A stretch of DNA of 64,000 nucleotides, from assembly GCA_021325145.1 (NCBI GenBank), contig JAJPHR010000074.1:1873-65872 (forward strand), written 5' to 3'. Of the stretch, positions 62,393-64,000 are shown in pieces. This stretch comes from Verrucomicrobiota bacterium. GTDB taxonomy: Bacteria; Verrucomicrobiota; Verrucomicrobiia; Limisphaerales; Pedosphaeraceae. Position numbers and translations under genes: made by a program. The notes below the pieces were generated by a model that was not told the origin of the DNA, ran no database searches, and was given only the letters and a program-made list of their open reading frames with translations. Position 1 is the first letter of the stretch. Each line of letters opens with the position of its first letter.

Positions 62393-64000
62393 ATGATTTC
62401 GGATCGGCCTGAACGCGCCCGCCCGGACCCGCAAGTTGCCGATGGATGGCTCACGCCCGGGCGGTTCGCGTTGATGCTGGGGGCGCTAATGGTGGCCACT
62501 TTTCCACGAGTCCTGGCCGGAGGAGAAACATTTTTCTATCGCGACTACGGGTCCTTTACTTATCCGCTGGCATTTTTCCATCGGGAGGCGTTTTGGCGGG
62601 GGGAATTGCCGCTGTGGAATCCGCTGAACAACTGCGGCCTGCCGTTTCTCGCGCAGTGGAACACAATGACGCTGTATCCCGGCTCGCTGATCTATCTGCT
62701 GCTGCCGCTCCCATGGTCGCTGAGCTTCTTCTGCCTGGCGCACATGTTCCTGGCGGGGTTGGGAGCTTATTTTTTGGCATTTCGGTGGACCGGCAATCGT
62801 CTGGCGGCCACGGTGGCCGGGGTGACGTTCGCATTCAACGGGCTCACTTGGTACGCGCTGATGTGGACCAACAACATTGCGGCGCTTGGGTGGATGCCTT
62901 GGGTGGTGCTGACGGCGGAACGGGCCTGGCGCGAAGGGGGGACGCGCCGGATTGCGCTGGCGGCGCTCACAGGCGCGATGCAGATGCTCACGGGCGCACC
63001 GGAAGTGATTCTGCTGACGTGGTGCGCCACGGGGGCGTTGTGGCTGGCGCAATGGGTTGCGGGGGAAGGCGCGCGCGCGCGAACCTTCGGGAGATTTGCG
63101 GTAGTGGGGCTGTTGGTCGCGGGCTTGGCCGCGGCGCAGTTGCTGCCGTTCCTGGATTTGCTGGCGCATTCGCAGCGGGACACGGGCTTTGGCGACTCGC
63201 AATGGGCGATGTCGGTGACGGGGCTGGCGAATTACCTCGTGCCGCGTTTTCGCATGCAAGTGGGAGACTTCAATCCCGCGAGCCAGCCGAATCAATACTG
63301 GACTTCCTCCTACTATTTAGGCGTGGGAACAATCGTCCTCGCGCTGCTTGCGGTGTGGCGGGTGCGCAGCCGCAGAACCTGGGTGTTCGCGGGCCTCGCC
63401 GCGTTCAGTGTTCTCATGGCCTTGGGAAACAATGGGCCGATCTATGCCGGGTTAAGGCGTGTTTTCCCGCAGATTGGGTTCATGCGCTTCCCGATTAAAT
63501 TTATCGTGCTCGCGACGTTCGCGCTGCCATTCCTTTCGGCACACGCGGTGGCCTGGTGGCGAAGCCTGCCGGCGGAAAAATGGTCCGCCGAACGGAATCG
63601 GTTTCTGGCGACGGGCGGGTTGCTCGTCACGCTAATGGCACTGACGGCGGGCTGTGCCGCGATGCGTCCCCAAGGGGCGGGTGAAGCATCCGCGACCTGG
63701 TTAAGCGCACTGTCGCGGGCCGGATTTCTGGCGGCCACTTGTGGATGCCTGATTGCCCTGGCGGCCGGCCGCGTATCCCTGCCGGAGCCATACCTCTGCG
63801 TTTGCCTGGTACTCTTGTTGTGGCTCGATGTGGCCACGCACTCACGCTCTTTGAGCCCAACGGTTGCCGGTTGGGTGTATAATCCCGATGCAATCCGGCG
63901 TTTTTACAAATGGGCGGAACAATTGCAGCCCGGCGAATCACGGGCGATGCCGACGACCGCCGCGGTGGCGAAAATAATGTACCACGCCATGGAGAAGCCC
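62393..64000 (+). CDS. Large polytopic membrane protein, YfhO-like (putative glycosyl-transfer/glycopolymer-modifying membrane protein), partial (runs off window end).
   Basis: Manual translation from ATG 62393 is open to 64000 (MISDRPERA...FFYRDYGSFTYPLAFFHREAFWRGELPLWNPLNNCGLPFLAQWNTMTLYPGSLIYLL...). It is absent from the ORF track because no stop lies in the window. The LWNP...G.PF.A....YP motif and many TM helices resemble YfhO; not searched. Confidence 0.5.
   Translation, partial: MISDRPERARPDPQVADGWLTPGRFALMLGALMVATFPRVLAGGETFFYRDYGSFTYPLAFFHREAFWRGELPLWNPLNNCGLPFLAQWNTMTLYPGSLIYLLLPLPWSLSFFCLAHMFLAGLGAYFLAFRWTGNRLAATVAGVTFAFNGLTWYALMWTNNIAALGWMPWVVLTAERAWREGGTRRIALAALTGAMQMLTGAPEVILLTWCATGALWLAQWVAGEGARARTFGRFAVVGLLVAGLAAAQLLPFLDLLAHSQRDTGFGDSQWAMSVTGLANYLVPRFRMQVGDFNPASQPNQYWTSSYYLGVGTIVLALLAVWRVRSRRTWVFAGLAAFSVLMALGNNGPIYAGLRRVFPQIGFMRFPIKFIVLATFALPFLSAHAVAWWRSLPAEKWSAERNRFLATGGLLVTLMALTAGCAAMRPQGAGEASATWLSALSRAGFLAATCGCLIALAAGRVSLPEPYLCVCLVLLLWLDVATHSRSLSPTVAGWVYNPDAIRRFYKWAEQLQPGESRAMPTTAAVAKIMYHAMEKP

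Noticed and set aside
62446-63498. ORF-track entries 62446..63498 (+) and 62486..63295 (-)
   Set aside because: They are in different frames or on the opposite strand from the open frame starting at 62393, which encodes a coherent polytopic membrane protein through to the window end. Their translations are Arg/Gly/Ala low-complexity.

Overview
64 kb, high-GC, gene-dense chromosomal segment, probably from a PVC-superphylum (Verrucomicrobia-like) bacterium; this placement is inferred from gene content only. Working from the six-frame track plus manual translation, I see the following. A TetR-MFP-RND-OMF-DedA efflux operon sits at 6.0-13.6 kb. A GAF/sigma-54 enhancer-binding protein is divergent from a sigma-54-promoted thioredoxin-like gene with a monothiol SRPC site. 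There is a tRNA-Leu(GAG). An ECF sigma factor is fused to a C-terminal TM/coiled-coil/globular extension. A large SF2 helicase is present. An S53 sedolisin peptidase, a small secreted protein and a tail-fibre-like beta-helix protein with a C-terminal S74 intramolecular-chaperone domain form a cluster, and the tail-fibre-like gene has a second paralog at 48.6 kb. An ECF sigma (TIGR02999-like) overlaps a 1267-aa Ser/Thr kinase-TM-WD40 protein. Other genes include an SPFH lipoprotein, a multi-PAS histidine kinase, an ispB-ECF-anti-sigma operon, an FHA-TM-HEAT protein, cardiolipin synthase, IspE, an NtrC-like regulator, a DUF1080 protein plus pentaheme cytochrome c, and two paralogous giant secreted beta-helix proteins. 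Immediately downstream of the NtrC-like regulator is a tandemly duplicated ~630-bp unit, each copy encoding a tiny Gly/Tyr/His-rich lipoprotein followed by a conserved palindrome and terminator. A ~1.9-kb AT-richer islet carries a RadC-like JAB protein and a partner gene. Long ORFs antisense to real genes are judged to be GC artefacts. No CRISPR array, rRNA or recognisable transposase/integrase was seen.
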